DNA of 64,000 nt from an uncultured Spirochaetota bacterium (GCA_963783575.1 CAWAOD010000014.1:320001-384000); one strand, 5' to 3'. Shown: positions 1 through 9,498, counted from the first letter of the stretch. The notes: generated by a model from the letters alone, not told the origin. Numbers and translations are program-made.

Positions 1-29
1 GCTGCGCCGGTAACGGCAATTCTCAGCAT
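1..29 (-). CDS. 5' end of a Rossmann-fold NAD(P)-binding enzyme (possibly DapB), running off the window
   Basis: ATG at 29-27 behind a GGGAG RBS reads MLRIAVTGA(A), the start of a dinucleotide-binding GxxG motif; only about 9 codons are visible. Confidence 0.5.
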
Positions 30-164
30 ATTTTGCTCCCAAAAAATAATAAACTAAGTTTAATATTAAAACGATCAATTTAAGTTTAAATTATAAAGAA
101 CAAATGTCAATAAATCAATTACTTATCACGACACATTGTGATAAAATTTCATAATTGAATAATG

Positions 165-1895
165 TTATTTTTTTAAAATGGTAATCTTTTGTATTTCTTT
201 TTTCCTCGTATCTTTTTCAACAAAAATCTCTTCTCCTGTAAAAGGGTCAATGCCGGTATAGTGCATAAGTGCGGAATATGTGGAAGGCGTGGGCATGAAT
301 ATTTGAACCTGTTCAGGGTTGATATGAAGCCGGTTTTTTAGCAGTAACAATAATTTCTGCATATCTTTTTGAGTGCAGCCTGGATGAGCGGCAATAAAAT
401 AATAAGTCAGGAATTGATTTTTTCCATATTTTTGATTAGTCAGGTCGAATATTTTCTTAAATTCCAACAGAATATCGATATCGGGTTTACCCATCATTTT
501 TAGTATATTATCCTCGCTGTGTTCCGGTGCTACTTTCAACTGACCTGAAATATGGTAATTGATTAATTCAGTCAAATATTCAATTCCGTATGCTTTATCT
601 TCCAAAATCATATCGTATCTGACACCGGAGTTAACAAAAGCCTTTTTTAAGGGTTTTCCCATGACTTCAAAATTGCGAATTTCATTCAAAAGTTCGATTT
701 GCTTTTGATGACTGATATTTAAATTGACGCAAATATCGGGATACAGGCATCTTTTGTCAATGCAGTGAAATTGAGCCTTCTGATTATCAGTCATTTTTCC
801 GTATTTCATACAACCGGTACCGTACATATTTGCCGTTGGGCCTCCGACATCCTGAATATAACCCTTGAAATCGGGAAGTTTCATAATACCGGATATTTCT
901 TTTAAAATTGAAGATTTACTACGATCAGAAATAATTCTTCCTTGATGGACGGTAATCGAACAGAAGTTGCATTCGCCGTAGCATCCCCGGTGTGTTGTTA
1001 CAGAAAACCTTATTGTATCAAGAGCCCTGACTTCTCCTGATTTGTTGTAGTATGGATGTAAATTTCTTTCATAATCCAGTTCATAAACCGAATCCAGCTC
1101 TTCCCGGCTTAGTAATTCTGCGGGAGAATTTTGTATAAGCCACCGACTGCCCGTTTTTTGGATAAGGCCTTTCGATGAAAATCCGTCATTATTTTGATAA
1201 AATTTATTAAACATTTCTATAAACAATTTTTTATTTTCCGAAGCTTCCTCAAATGACGGAAGATTAATATAACCCATCTTCTCGATCTTATCGGAATCAT
1301 TTTCAATATAGCTTATTCCTTTGATACCACGGTAATCCTCGTTATTCTTTAATTTATGCGCCAGTTCAAGAACAGCTTTCTCCCCCATCCCGTAAACAAT
1401 GATATCCGCTTTTGCATCAAAAAGAATTGGCCTGCGGATACAATCGTCCCAGTAATCGTAATGGCTGATACGCCGTAGACTGGCCTCCAGCCCTCCGAGA
1501 ACAAGCGGTTTTGTGTTTTTAAAATATCTTCTTATTAGATTGGAATAAACGATAACGGCACGATCAGGCCTTCTATTGTTGATTCCCCCGGGGGTTAAAT
1601 CATCCTTAAGGCGTTTTTTCTTTAATGCTGTATAGTTTGAAACCATCGAATCCATGCATCCGCCAGTGATGCCCCAGAAAAGCCCCGGTTCTCCCAGCCT
1701 TGTAATATCGGCCGGGCTTCCGGTATCCGGCTGAGCGATTATTCCAACGCGGTAACCCGCTTTAAGAAGGACTTTTCCTATTACAGCGGCGCCGATATGA
1801 GGGCTATCGATATATGCATCACCGGTTACTATAATAATATCAAGGTTTTCCCACCCAAGTTCAATGATTTCTTCTTTTGTTGTTGGTATATACAT
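165..1895 (-). CDS. ygiQ: YgiQ/UPF0313 family radical SAM protein
   Basis: GDAYIDSP N-terminal motif, RGCYGECNFC CxxxCxxC, DVGGPTANMY, LKVAPEH, YFIAAHPG; start re-placed at MYIPTT (1895). Confidence 0.9.
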   Translation of the reverse strand: MYIPTTKEEIIELGWENLDIIIVTGDAYIDSPHIGAAVIGKVLLKAGYRVGIIAQPDTGSPADITRLGEPGLFWGITGGCMDSMVSNYTALKKKRLKDDLTPGGINNRRPDRAVIVYSNLIRRYFKNTKPLVLGGLEASLRRISHYDYWDDCIRRPILFDAKADIIVYGMGEKAVLELAHKLKNNEDYRGIKGISYIENDSDKIEKMGYINLPSFEEASENKKLFIEMFNKFYQNNDGFSSKGLIQKTGSRWLIQNSPAELLSREELDSVYELDYERNLHPYYNKSGEVRALDTIRFSVTTHRGCYGECNFCSITVHQGRIISDRSKSSILKEISGIMKLPDFKGYIQDVGGPTANMYGTGCMKYGKMTDNQKAQFHCIDKRCLYPDICVNLNISHQKQIELLNEIRNFEVMGKPLKKAFVNSGVRYDMILEDKAYGIEYLTELINYHISGQLKVAPEHSEDNILKMMGKPDIDILLEFKKIFDLTNQKYGKNQFLTYYFIAAHPGCTQKDMQKLLLLLKNRLHINPEQVQIFMPTPSTYSALMHYTGIDPFTGEEIFVEKDTRKKEIQKITILKK

Positions 1896-2129
1896 GAATC
1901 CTGTTTCCTGCCGGTTCGAACTGCCAATAATTATAGCATAAAAGAGCATATGCCACAAATAATCAATTCTCTCAGTTTTACTGATTTCCAAATAAAGCCG
2001 ACCTGTACCGCACAATGCGGTATGGAACGTCAGTTCTTCGAACCCAAACAACAATTGGTACAGGATGCGCTTGTTAATTTTCTTTATTATGAATGATATT
2101 TATTTTCATTATTTTCCGATGATTAATAA

Positions 2130-4022
2130 ATGACTTATAAATATTTATTATTTTTTTTTATAATATTATCAATATCCTCAAGATTGGATTTTGCCGCAGA
2201 AGTAAAGAATACTGTTGAAGAAATGAACTATCCTGTTCTTGAACCGGATGGACATAAAGCAAAGATTAATAAAATCATCTTTACAGATGATGAAAAATAT
2301 CTTGTTTCCTGTAGTGATGATAAAACAATCAGGGTCTGGAATATTGAAACAGGTGAAAATGTTCGTACATTCCGCGGTTTTGTAGTCGAAGGATATACGG
2401 GAATGGTTTATTCAATTGCATTATCACCGGACAACCGCTATATTGCCGCAGGAGGATGGTTCCCGGAAGACAGCGTGAGGATTTATGATTTTAATAGCGG
2501 TAATATTGTCAAAATCCTTAGGGGCAACAAAGATGTTCTTCATAATCTTTCATTTTCCAGTGATGGAAGATATCTTGCTTCATGCGCGCATGACGGCAGC
2601 GTGCTTGTCTGGAATATCGATGCAGCCACGATCGGGAATTCAAAACTTCTTTATAACTTTCACCGGCAAAATAAGCCGGTTTATAATATTTCTTTTAACT
2701 CTAACAGCAGTCTTCTGGCTTCAGCATCTTATGACCATTCAATCATAATATGGGACCTCAACAGCGGAAATCCGGTTCAGATTATAACAAATGTTTTTAC
2801 AAATGAGGTATATGGTGCCGAATTCTCACCATCTGAAACAATTTTTGCAGCTTCAGGTTTTGATGGGACCGTAAGGCTTTTTAATTTTAACGAAGCTGCA
2901 AAGAATATAAATTTACCCGGTAAAATCATCAGTCAAGTCAATTTGAATTACACCCAGGAAATTAAGTTTATCCCTGATAGTAAATATCTCCTTTACAGCG
3001 GTTCTTATTCAATGAAAGACAATGATCAATGGTTTTTCCCCATTTTTTTCTACAATGTTGAAACAGGTAAAACCGATAAAATGTTTTTAATGCATAATAA
3101 TACTGTAAGATCGATCGCTGTTTCAAAAAGCGGAAGTTGGATTGCATCTACAGGCGGTAATGATAATGAAATTTATATTTATGATAAAAACCTTGAAATC
3201 AAAAGAAAAATAGCCGGGAGCGGAAAATCGGTTTTTTCTGTTGCCTTCGGTAACGATAATGGAAAAATCTATTTCGGTACGAAGAATGATGGTAAGACTT
3301 ATTTAGCCGAAAGTACCATCGATAAGTCATTTTCTTTTATGGATTTCGTGCTTCAGAACGGCTCAGACAGTTATTACCATAGGATTTATACTTTAAGCGG
3401 TAACAGATTTTTTAATTTTGAATTCAAACTTTTCAACGGGACAATTTTCATCGGAAGCAATATTATAACACTGCCGGACAGCTATGACACAATCCGATGT
3501 TACAGCCTGACTCCCGATGGTAAATTCGCTATAATCGGGTCGGATTTTAAACTTGCAAAAGCGGATGCAGAAACCGGGAAAATTATCGGCTTTTTTACAG
3601 GGCATGAAGGCCCGGTCTGGAGCATTAGCGTAAGCCTTAACGGTAAATACATGGCGTCTGGTTCGGACGACCAGACTATCAAAATCTGGGATTTAGAAAA
3701 CATGAAGCTTATAACAACGCTATTTGTCAGTACAGGCGGAGAATGGATAATCTGGACAACGGAAGGCTTTTTTTACTGCAGTAAAAACGCGGCAAGATTC
3801 CTTAAAATTATACATAATCAGGGATACGACAAAGAATCTATTGTTGAAAGCGCAGATTCTGAAAGTTATACAAAGAAATATTACCAGCCCGAAAAAATAA
3901 AAAGTCTTCTGTCGGATGTATTCAAGTTTAAAGTTGACACAATAACTCCTGCCTTTAAAAAAGAAGAGAAAATAACAAACAGCAGGGAAGACATCATCCC
4001 CGACAACCTCCCCGATTTTTAA
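2130..4022 (+). CDS. Exported WD40-repeat beta-propeller protein
   Basis: Signal-peptide-like N-terminus; many GH...SxDxTIxxW[DN] repeats; ends with a GEWIIWTTEGFF segment of the type seen in WD40/caspase-like proteins. Confidence 0.85.
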   Translation: MTYKYLLFFFIILSISSRLDFAAEVKNTVEEMNYPVLEPDGHKAKINKIIFTDDEKYLVSCSDDKTIRVWNIETGENVRTFRGFVVEGYTGMVYSIALSPDNRYIAAGGWFPEDSVRIYDFNSGNIVKILRGNKDVLHNLSFSSDGRYLASCAHDGSVLVWNIDAATIGNSKLLYNFHRQNKPVYNISFNSNSSLLASASYDHSIIIWDLNSGNPVQIITNVFTNEVYGAEFSPSETIFAASGFDGTVRLFNFNEAAKNINLPGKIISQVNLNYTQEIKFIPDSKYLLYSGSYSMKDNDQWFFPIFFYNVETGKTDKMFLMHNNTVRSIAVSKSGSWIASTGGNDNEIYIYDKNLEIKRKIAGSGKSVFSVAFGNDNGKIYFGTKNDGKTYLAESTIDKSFSFMDFVLQNGSDSYYHRIYTLSGNRFFNFEFKLFNGTIFIGSNIITLPDSYDTIRCYSLTPDGKFAIIGSDFKLAKADAETGKIIGFFTGHEGPVWSISVSLNGKYMASGSDDQTIKIWDLENMKLITTLFVSTGGEWIIWTTEGFFYCSKNAARFLKIIHNQGYDKESIVESADSESYTKKYYQPEKIKSLLSDVFKFKVDTITPAFKKEEKITNSREDIIPDNLPDF

Positions 4023-4130
4023 CAAGCGTGCCGCTTGATCCAAATGAAAAAGAAGAAGCCCAATTAATTGCTGTTTTATTGAAATTTCTCCAGTTAAGTT
4101 CTCCGCTGAACCAATCATCAATATTATTTT

Positions 4131-4382
4131 TCATTTTAATATTAACCCATTTGTTATGAACATAATATTTACTTTATAAGACCGAAAACCGGTCATTATT
4201 GATTCCATAAGGAAATTACCGTCGCTAATCCAGTAACCTCTCATAAAAGATGAATAATTTGTATAATCTTTTTTTATGTAGTTTCCCTCCAGTCCGATCT
4301 GGTAATCTAAAGATTCATGAGTAGGACCTCCTACTAAATTGAGGACGCACTCATTAGTATTAAAAGAAAATCTAATATACAT
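4131..4382 (-). CDS. Short hypothetical ORF, possibly a gene fragment
   Basis: 83-aa ORF with no recognisable motif, in a region of gene relics. Confidence 0.25.
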   Translation of the reverse strand: MYIRFSFNTNECVLNLVGGPTHESLDYQIGLEGNYIKKDYTNYSSFMRGYWISDGNFLMESIMTGFRSYKVNIMFITNGLILK

Positions 4383-4508
4383 TATATTCTAGTTATTTGT
4401 ATTCATTTTTATTTGTTTACCGGATATCATTCCGGTAATATCTTGAAGATAAAACGAATATATAGGCAGGTTGAATATGTTTGTCACAGGTATATTTATT
4501 GATCATAA

Positions 4509-4711
4509 CTACTGAAGAATGAGTTGCTGGTTTTATTAACCGACGGTGTGATTGAGCAGATTGGCAAGGATGGTAGGGAATACCCGCTTTCAAGGCATGA
4601 AAATAAGACCTGAATGACATAAAAATTTTCCGATCCGGCCAGCCTCAAAATGACGATATAACATTTATTTTACTGAAAAATACAAACAAAAATATTCATC
4701 GGCAAATTTAA
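4509..4711 (+). pseudogene. Relic of a SpoIIE/PP2C-type phosphatase C-terminus
   Basis: One frame reads ELLVLLTDGVIEQ (from 4521); a shifted frame reads LNDIKIFRSGQPQNDDITFILLK. These are the TDG and DDIT PP2C motifs, separated by stops and a frameshift, with no N-terminus. Confidence 0.7.
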
Positions 4712-4824
4712 AAATCAGACAAAAAAATCCTCTGTATTAAAATTATACTATTACAGGTATTCCCTATATCCTGAAATTTGATTATAATTATAGAAATAGA
4801 TCGGTATTATATTTGGAGCGCCTT

Positions 4825-5271
4825 ATGTTTATTATTAAAATTATTTTTGAAATTCTGTTGATTATCTGGCAGATTCCCCAGCTCCTTATTTCATTAATCC
4901 CGCTTTCGATATTCTTCTTTACAAAAAAAATAAACAGGGTGGAACACTATAAAAGCAGTTTCCTTTTATTCATTAATCTGAATGAGAATGTCGGGGCTTT
5001 TTGCTACGGAAAATTCATTTTTATAAGGGACGGGATGAGTGCAAAAGATCAAAATGAAGTTTCAAGGCATGAATATGGGCACAGTATTCAATCGATGATC
5101 CTGGGCCCTTTTTATATTTTTGCAGTCATTGTTCCATCAATATTCCGGTTTGTTAAGTATTATAAAATGGCCCTCAAAGCCGGTTCAAAAAACGACTATG
5201 ACAATATCTGGGCGGATTACTACAAAGGCTATCCCGAGGACTGGGCAGATAAACTGGGCGGAAATTCATAA
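4825..5271 (+). CDS. Membrane protein with an HExxH (zincin-like) motif
   Basis: Hydrophobic N-terminus; HEYGHSIQSMILGPFY and a downstream PEDWAD motif; ATG at 4825 preferred over TTG at 4813. Confidence 0.7.
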   Translation: MFIIKIIFEILLIIWQIPQLLISLIPLSIFFFTKKINRVEHYKSSFLLFINLNENVGAFCYGKFIFIRDGMSAKDQNEVSRHEYGHSIQSMILGPFYIFAVIVPSIFRFVKYYKMALKAGSKNDYDNIWADYYKGYPEDWADKLGGNS

Positions 5272-5282
5272 GTTGCCTTCTC

Positions 5283-5317
5283 TTGACAGAATCACATACT
5301 TGGAATTAATATATAAT
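5283..5317 (+). promoter_or_regulatory. Putative sigma70 promoter of umuD-SRAP-umuC
   Basis: TTGACA at 5283-5288, TAATAT at 5307-5312 (18-nt spacer), followed by a GGAG RBS before the GTG at 5332. Confidence 0.45.
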
Positions 5318-5331
5318 CAACGGAGAATAAT

Positions 5332-5766
5332 GTGAAAAAAGACAATATCAGCGAGATATACTCAGCCCTTGATACGGCAAGGATCGAACTGCCAGAATAT
5401 ATAACAAGGATTTCCGCGGGTTTTCCATCGCCGGCAGACGATTATGTGGATAGAAAGCTGGATTTGAACGAATTCCTTATACGTCATCCGGCCGCCACAT
5501 TTTATGTAAGGGTGATCGGCGATTCGATGAAGAACGCTGGAATAAACTCCGGCGATCTTATCATTGTGGACAGGGCTATTGAAGCAGCAAACAACAGGAT
5601 CGTTCTTGCCGTCGTAAACGGAGAGTTCACTGTTAAGAGATTCGTTACCAGGGATAAAAAAGTTTTCCTTGTTCCAGAAAACCCGGATTATAATGAAATA
5701 ATTGTGACAGAGGATATGCAGTTTGAGGTCTGGGGCGTTGTCACAAACGTAATCCACGAGGTGTAG
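5332..5766 (+). CDS. umuD: Translesion polymerase V accessory subunit UmuD (S24 peptidase)
   Basis: SAGFPSPA autocleavage site, GDSM catalytic Ser, TVKR catalytic Lys; no LexA DNA-binding domain. Confidence 0.92.
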   Translation: MKKDNISEIYSALDTARIELPEYITRISAGFPSPADDYVDRKLDLNEFLIRHPAATFYVRVIGDSMKNAGINSGDLIIVDRAIEAANNRIVLAVVNGEFTVKRFVTRDKKVFLVPENPDYNEIIVTEDMQFEVWGVVTNVIHEV

Positions 5767-5770
5767 CGGT

Positions 5771-6451
5771 ATGTGCGGAAGATTCGCCCAGTTCAACCAG
5801 GGTATCGAGGGAAAATTCCAGGCCAAACCTAAGAAAAATACCGGAGAGCTTTTATTTAATTTCAATTACGCGCCCGGCAATAATATAAAGGCGATAGTCA
5901 AAGAGGGCGAGCGGTATATTGTTAATTACAAATGGGGTTTAACCGCAGACTGGACTATCCAAAAAAAACTAAATATTATAAATATCCGAAGCGATACACT
6001 AACAGAAAAAAACTCATTCCAGGATTTATTCAGGAATAAACGCTGTCTTATTATCGCCGACGGCTTCTACGAGTGGAAAAAAAGCGAATCCGGCAAAATT
6101 CCTTATTATATAACAATGAGGAATAAAGAAACTTTCGCTTTTGCCGGATTATGGAACAGCTGGATAAATACCGCCGGTATAGAAATTTTGTCCTGCGCAA
6201 TAATAACGACAGGCGCCAACGAGCTAGTCAGGAGAATCCATGATCGTATGCCGGTTATAATTCCGGAATCAGGCTATGACTTCTGGCTTGACAATACATC
6301 GTTCAATAAGGAAAAACTTGAGGTTTTGCTTGCACCTTGCGATCCGCAGCTGATGGATATGTACGAGGTCTCAGGTAAGGTAAATTATATAAAAACAAGC
6401 ACATCCGATTTAATCCAGCCTGTTAAAAACGATAATTTATTCCAGGATTAA
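5771..6451 (+). CDS. SOS response-associated peptidase (SRAP/YedK/HMCES family, abasic-site protection)
   Basis: N-terminal MCGRF (catalytic Cys2), RCLIIADGFYEW, IHDRMPVI. Confidence 0.92.
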   Translation: MCGRFAQFNQGIEGKFQAKPKKNTGELLFNFNYAPGNNIKAIVKEGERYIVNYKWGLTADWTIQKKLNIINIRSDTLTEKNSFQDLFRNKRCLIIADGFYEWKKSESGKIPYYITMRNKETFAFAGLWNSWINTAGIEILSCAIITTGANELVRRIHDRMPVIIPESGYDFWLDNTSFNKEKLEVLLAPCDPQLMDMYEVSGKVNYIKTSTSDLIQPVKNDNLFQD

Positions 6452-6453
6452 AA

Positions 6454-7737
6454 ATGAATAATATAAAGAAACATATATTCGCTCTGGTAGACTGCAATAA
6501 TTTTTACGCTTCCTGTGAAAGGGTTTTCAATCCAGCTATTGAAAAAAAGCCTGTTGTAATAATGTCAAATAACGACGGATGCGCCGTCGCCATGTCGAAC
6601 GAGGCCAAGACCATCGGAATAAAGATCGGAACGCCTATATTCCAGATGCAGGAACTTGTAAAAAAATACGACATTCAGGTTTATTCCTCAAATTACGCTT
6701 TATATGGAGATATGTCCAGCCGCGTTATGAATGTGATATCCGAATTCTCTCCGACTGTTGAGTTTTATTCGATCGACGAAAGCTTCCTGCTGCTTGATGG
6801 AATTAACTGTGATATGAATAATTACGGAAGAAAGATCAAAAAAACCGTAAAACAGTGGACGGGTATTCCTGTTTCCGTAGGGATCGCAGGAACAAAGACC
6901 CTTGCCAAAATCGCCAACAGGATCGCGAAGAAAGATGCCCAGTATAACGGTGTTCTTGATCTGACCGCCCACGCCGATATCGATGATTTTTTGAAAAAGG
7001 TCGCTGTTGAGGATGTCTGGGGAGTAGGATGGCAGAATACTAAAAAACTCAACAATTATGGCATACATACAGCCCTCGAACTGAAAAACGCCCCTGATCC
7101 CTGGATACGCCAGTACCTTGGCGGAATTGTAGGCTTGCGAACCATCTGGGAACTCCGCGGTATTTCCTGTATAACGCTTGAACTCGTCAGATCAGACAAA
7201 AAGCAGATCATATCCTCGAGGTCATTCGGAAAAATGGTGACTTCCATTGACGGATTGATTGAAGCCGTTTCAACCTACACAACGCGGGCAGCGGAAAAAT
7301 TACGAAGGCAGAATTCCCTTGCCGCAGAGTTGCAGTTATTTATCGGCACAAACCGTTTCAAGGACGAACCCCAGTATTTCAACACAGCGTCGTACAGCCT
7401 CCCTAACCCGACTTCCTATACACCGGAGCTGATAAGCCACGCCGTAAGCCTTCTTCAGAAGATTTACAGGGAAGGTTTCAGGTACAAAAAAGCCGGAATT
7501 GTTTTGTCAGAGATCATCCCCGAAAAGGAAGCGCAGGAAAGCCTCTTTTTTAACCGGGAAGCCTTTGAAAAAAAAGCCGGCCTGATGGACACGGTCGACC
7601 GCCTGAACACGAAATATGGGAGTAATACTCTTACCTACGCCAGCAGCGGCCTTGTGAATCCCTGGCAGATGCGCAGGGAAAGCCTTTCCTTCCGGTATAC
7701 AACCCACTGGAACGAAATACCGGTTGTGTTTATATGA
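6454..7737 (+). CDS. umuC: Y-family DNA polymerase V subunit UmuC
   Basis: ALVDCNNFYASCE, SNNDGC, YSIDE, SRSFG and C-terminal WQMRRE.LS.RYTT.W. Confidence 0.93.
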   Translation: MNNIKKHIFALVDCNNFYASCERVFNPAIEKKPVVIMSNNDGCAVAMSNEAKTIGIKIGTPIFQMQELVKKYDIQVYSSNYALYGDMSSRVMNVISEFSPTVEFYSIDESFLLLDGINCDMNNYGRKIKKTVKQWTGIPVSVGIAGTKTLAKIANRIAKKDAQYNGVLDLTAHADIDDFLKKVAVEDVWGVGWQNTKKLNNYGIHTALELKNAPDPWIRQYLGGIVGLRTIWELRGISCITLELVRSDKKQIISSRSFGKMVTSIDGLIEAVSTYTTRAAEKLRRQNSLAAELQLFIGTNRFKDEPQYFNTASYSLPNPTSYTPELISHAVSLLQKIYREGFRYKKAGIVLSEIIPEKEAQESLFFNREAFEKKAGLMDTVDRLNTKYGSNTLTYASSGLVNPWQMRRESLSFRYTTHWNEIPVVFI

Positions 7738-7915
7738 TCTTTTCTTTTACTGAAATTCAAATTTACCACAGAGGCACGGAGGTTTGGTATTAGTTTGCTG
7801 GTTAATAAAATAATAATGTTTTGCCTATCCCCAAATCTTACTTGCCCCCCGCAGCATTAACGCCATTTCTGATTGAGCCTATATTTGGATAAAAATGAAT
7901 CTTGGTATAAAAATC

Positions 7916-8056
7916 GTTGTTATTCAACATTAACATAGTCTAAACAAGCTTGAGGGTTTTGTCACGACGACAAAAACCGAGGAATCAGTACAAGGAAGTA
8001 CTGATGACTAGGCGGTAATTAAAAAGAGACGTTTGAGAAAAATGTTGAATAACAAC
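7916..8056. repeat. 141-bp element with perfect 16-bp terminal inverted repeats (MITE-like or structured RNA)
   Basis: GTTGTTATTCAACATT (7916-7931) and AATGTTGAATAACAAC (8041-8056); internal hairpins GGTTTTGTC..GACAAAAACC and ATCAGTAC-AAGGAA-GTACTGAT. Confidence 0.65.
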
Positions 8057-8121
8057 ACCTTAATAATTAAAAACCGCTTCACATGAAATGGTGTTCATGC
8101 GAAGGGGCGATTCTTTCTCTG

Positions 8122-8180
8122 ATTACTCTCTTTCTGATCGTTCAGAAAGAGAGTAATAAAGCCACCTTGCCGTGGCTTTA
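8122..8180. repeat. Tandem perfect hairpins (REP-like or terminator-like)
   Basis: ATTACTCTCTTTCTGA-TCGT-TCAGAAAGAGAGTAAT (16-bp stem) followed by TAAAGCCAC-CTTGCC-GTGGCTTTA. Confidence 0.65.
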
Positions 8181-8263
8181 CGGCAAAATTATTCATAAAT
8201 TTGTTGACTATCAAATATAATATGATTATTTTTCCTTTAAAAAGAACAATATAGGGGGACATT

Positions 8264-8410
8264 ATGAAAGCTATCGATCCCGTATGCAAGATGGAAGTAG
8301 ATACCGATACGAATTTAAAGACCGAATACGAAGAACAAACTTATTACTTCTGTTCAAAAGGCTGCATGGATGATTTTACTGAGAACCCGGAAGAGTATTT
8401 AAAAGAATAA
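8264..8410 (+). CDS. Small YHS-domain (metal-binding) protein, absent from the ORF track
   Basis: GGGGGA RBS, then MKAIDPVCKMEVDTDTNLKTEYEEQTYYFCSKGCMDDFTENPEEYLKE: the DPVC.M...YYFCS.GC...F..NPE.Y YHS signature. Confidence 0.9.
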   Translation: MKAIDPVCKMEVDTDTNLKTEYEEQTYYFCSKGCMDDFTENPEEYLKE

Positions 8411-8661
8411 TTATAATAAGAATTATATATTTCCATTTAAAATTTTTCAATTCGCAATAATTCAATTATGTTTCTTATGTTTATGTTAATTTTAGATTAC
8501 TTCCGATCAAAAATCATTCTAATCCTTTTTTAATTTCTATGTTTTACTAATTATTTTTAATAAACAACTCCGAGCTTATTAAAAGCAAATTGAATATTGT
8601 CCATTGACTTCTTCATTAAAATATGATTAATTTTTTATTATAAAACAATAGGGGAAATTTT

Positions 8662-9498
8662 ATGCAAATAAAGTTATTTATAATATTAATCATAGCTCTT
8701 ATTATTCCCGAAATGGTCTTCGCGCCTGGTATGGGCGGAAACGGGGGTATGATGAGCGGAAATGGTTATATGAGTGAAATCAAGGAAAAGACGGGAAAAG
8801 TCCGGTCAGTAATATCCAGATTACGAAAGGAACAGGGTTTGAATGAAGGACAGTCTATAGATCCTGATAAATCAAGTCCCGGGCTTTTAAGTGAGCTTGG
8901 AGATGCAGTTATGGATGACCCCGAAGGAAATTCCAGAGAACATGAATGGATGAAAAAAATGCTGGGCGGGGAAGGCGCCAAAATACTTGAAAGTTTGAAT
9001 GTTCAGGTCGGATACCGCTTTATTCTCGGTTTACCGATCGGGACATCAGGCAGTTACAGCAATATGATATTTTTTTACGAGAGTTTTTATGGAAATAATC
9101 CGTATATACCTGAATTGTCCTTAGGTTCATTTTTGGGAATGGGTACACTTATGGACATCAGCTGGATTCTGGATTACAGGTTTGCCGAATATTTAAATCT
9201 TACAAGAGATGAGGTAAAAAAGATAACTGAATTGAAACTTTTTTATGAAAAAGAGACCGATCAATTAAACTTGCAGATTCTTAATAAACGGCATCAGATT
9301 TTTGATCTCTGGTCTTCGGAAAATCCCGATGAAGAAAAAATAAAAAATGATGATAAAGAAGTATTAAGTCTTATATCTGCCGTTTCGGAAAAGGAAACGG
9401 AATACAGGATTAAAGTTCTGCAGATTTTAACACAGGAACAGAAGAAAAAAATGGATTACAATAATATTATGAATTTTCAAAACAAAAATTTAAAATAA
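8662..9498 (+). CDS. Exported protein with a Met/Gly-rich N-domain and a C-terminal Spy/CpxP-like domain
   Basis: Signal peptide; PGMGGNGGMMSG; ELGDAVM...HEWM..MLGGEG; LNLTRDE...ILTQEQ LTxxQ-type motifs. Confidence 0.7.
   Translation: MQIKLFIILIIALIIPEMVFAPGMGGNGGMMSGNGYMSEIKEKTGKVRSVISRLRKEQGLNEGQSIDPDKSSPGLLSELGDAVMDDPEGNSREHEWMKKMLGGEGAKILESLNVQVGYRFILGLPIGTSGSYSNMIFFYESFYGNNPYIPELSLGSFLGMGTLMDISWILDYRFAEYLNLTRDEVKKITELKLFYEKETDQLNLQILNKRHQIFDLWSSENPDEEKIKNDDKEVLSLISAVSEKETEYRIKVLQILTQEQKKKMDYNNIMNFQNKNLK

Noticed and set aside
1896..2096. N-terminal extension of the radical SAM ORF to 2054, and the 1797-2096 ORF
   Set aside because: Family similarity begins at MYIPTT (1895); the extension and the antisense ORF have no motifs
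4417..4620. 67-aa minus-strand ORF
   Set aside because: It is the antisense shadow of the plus-strand PP2C relic
7763..7782. TTACCACAGAGGCACGGAGG, reminiscent of short intergenic repeats
   Set aside because: Single short copy in the window; cannot be supported as a repeat family here
8095..8289. 64-aa minus-strand ORF
   Set aside because: It overlaps the hairpins, the promoter and the better-supported YHS gene on the opposite strand
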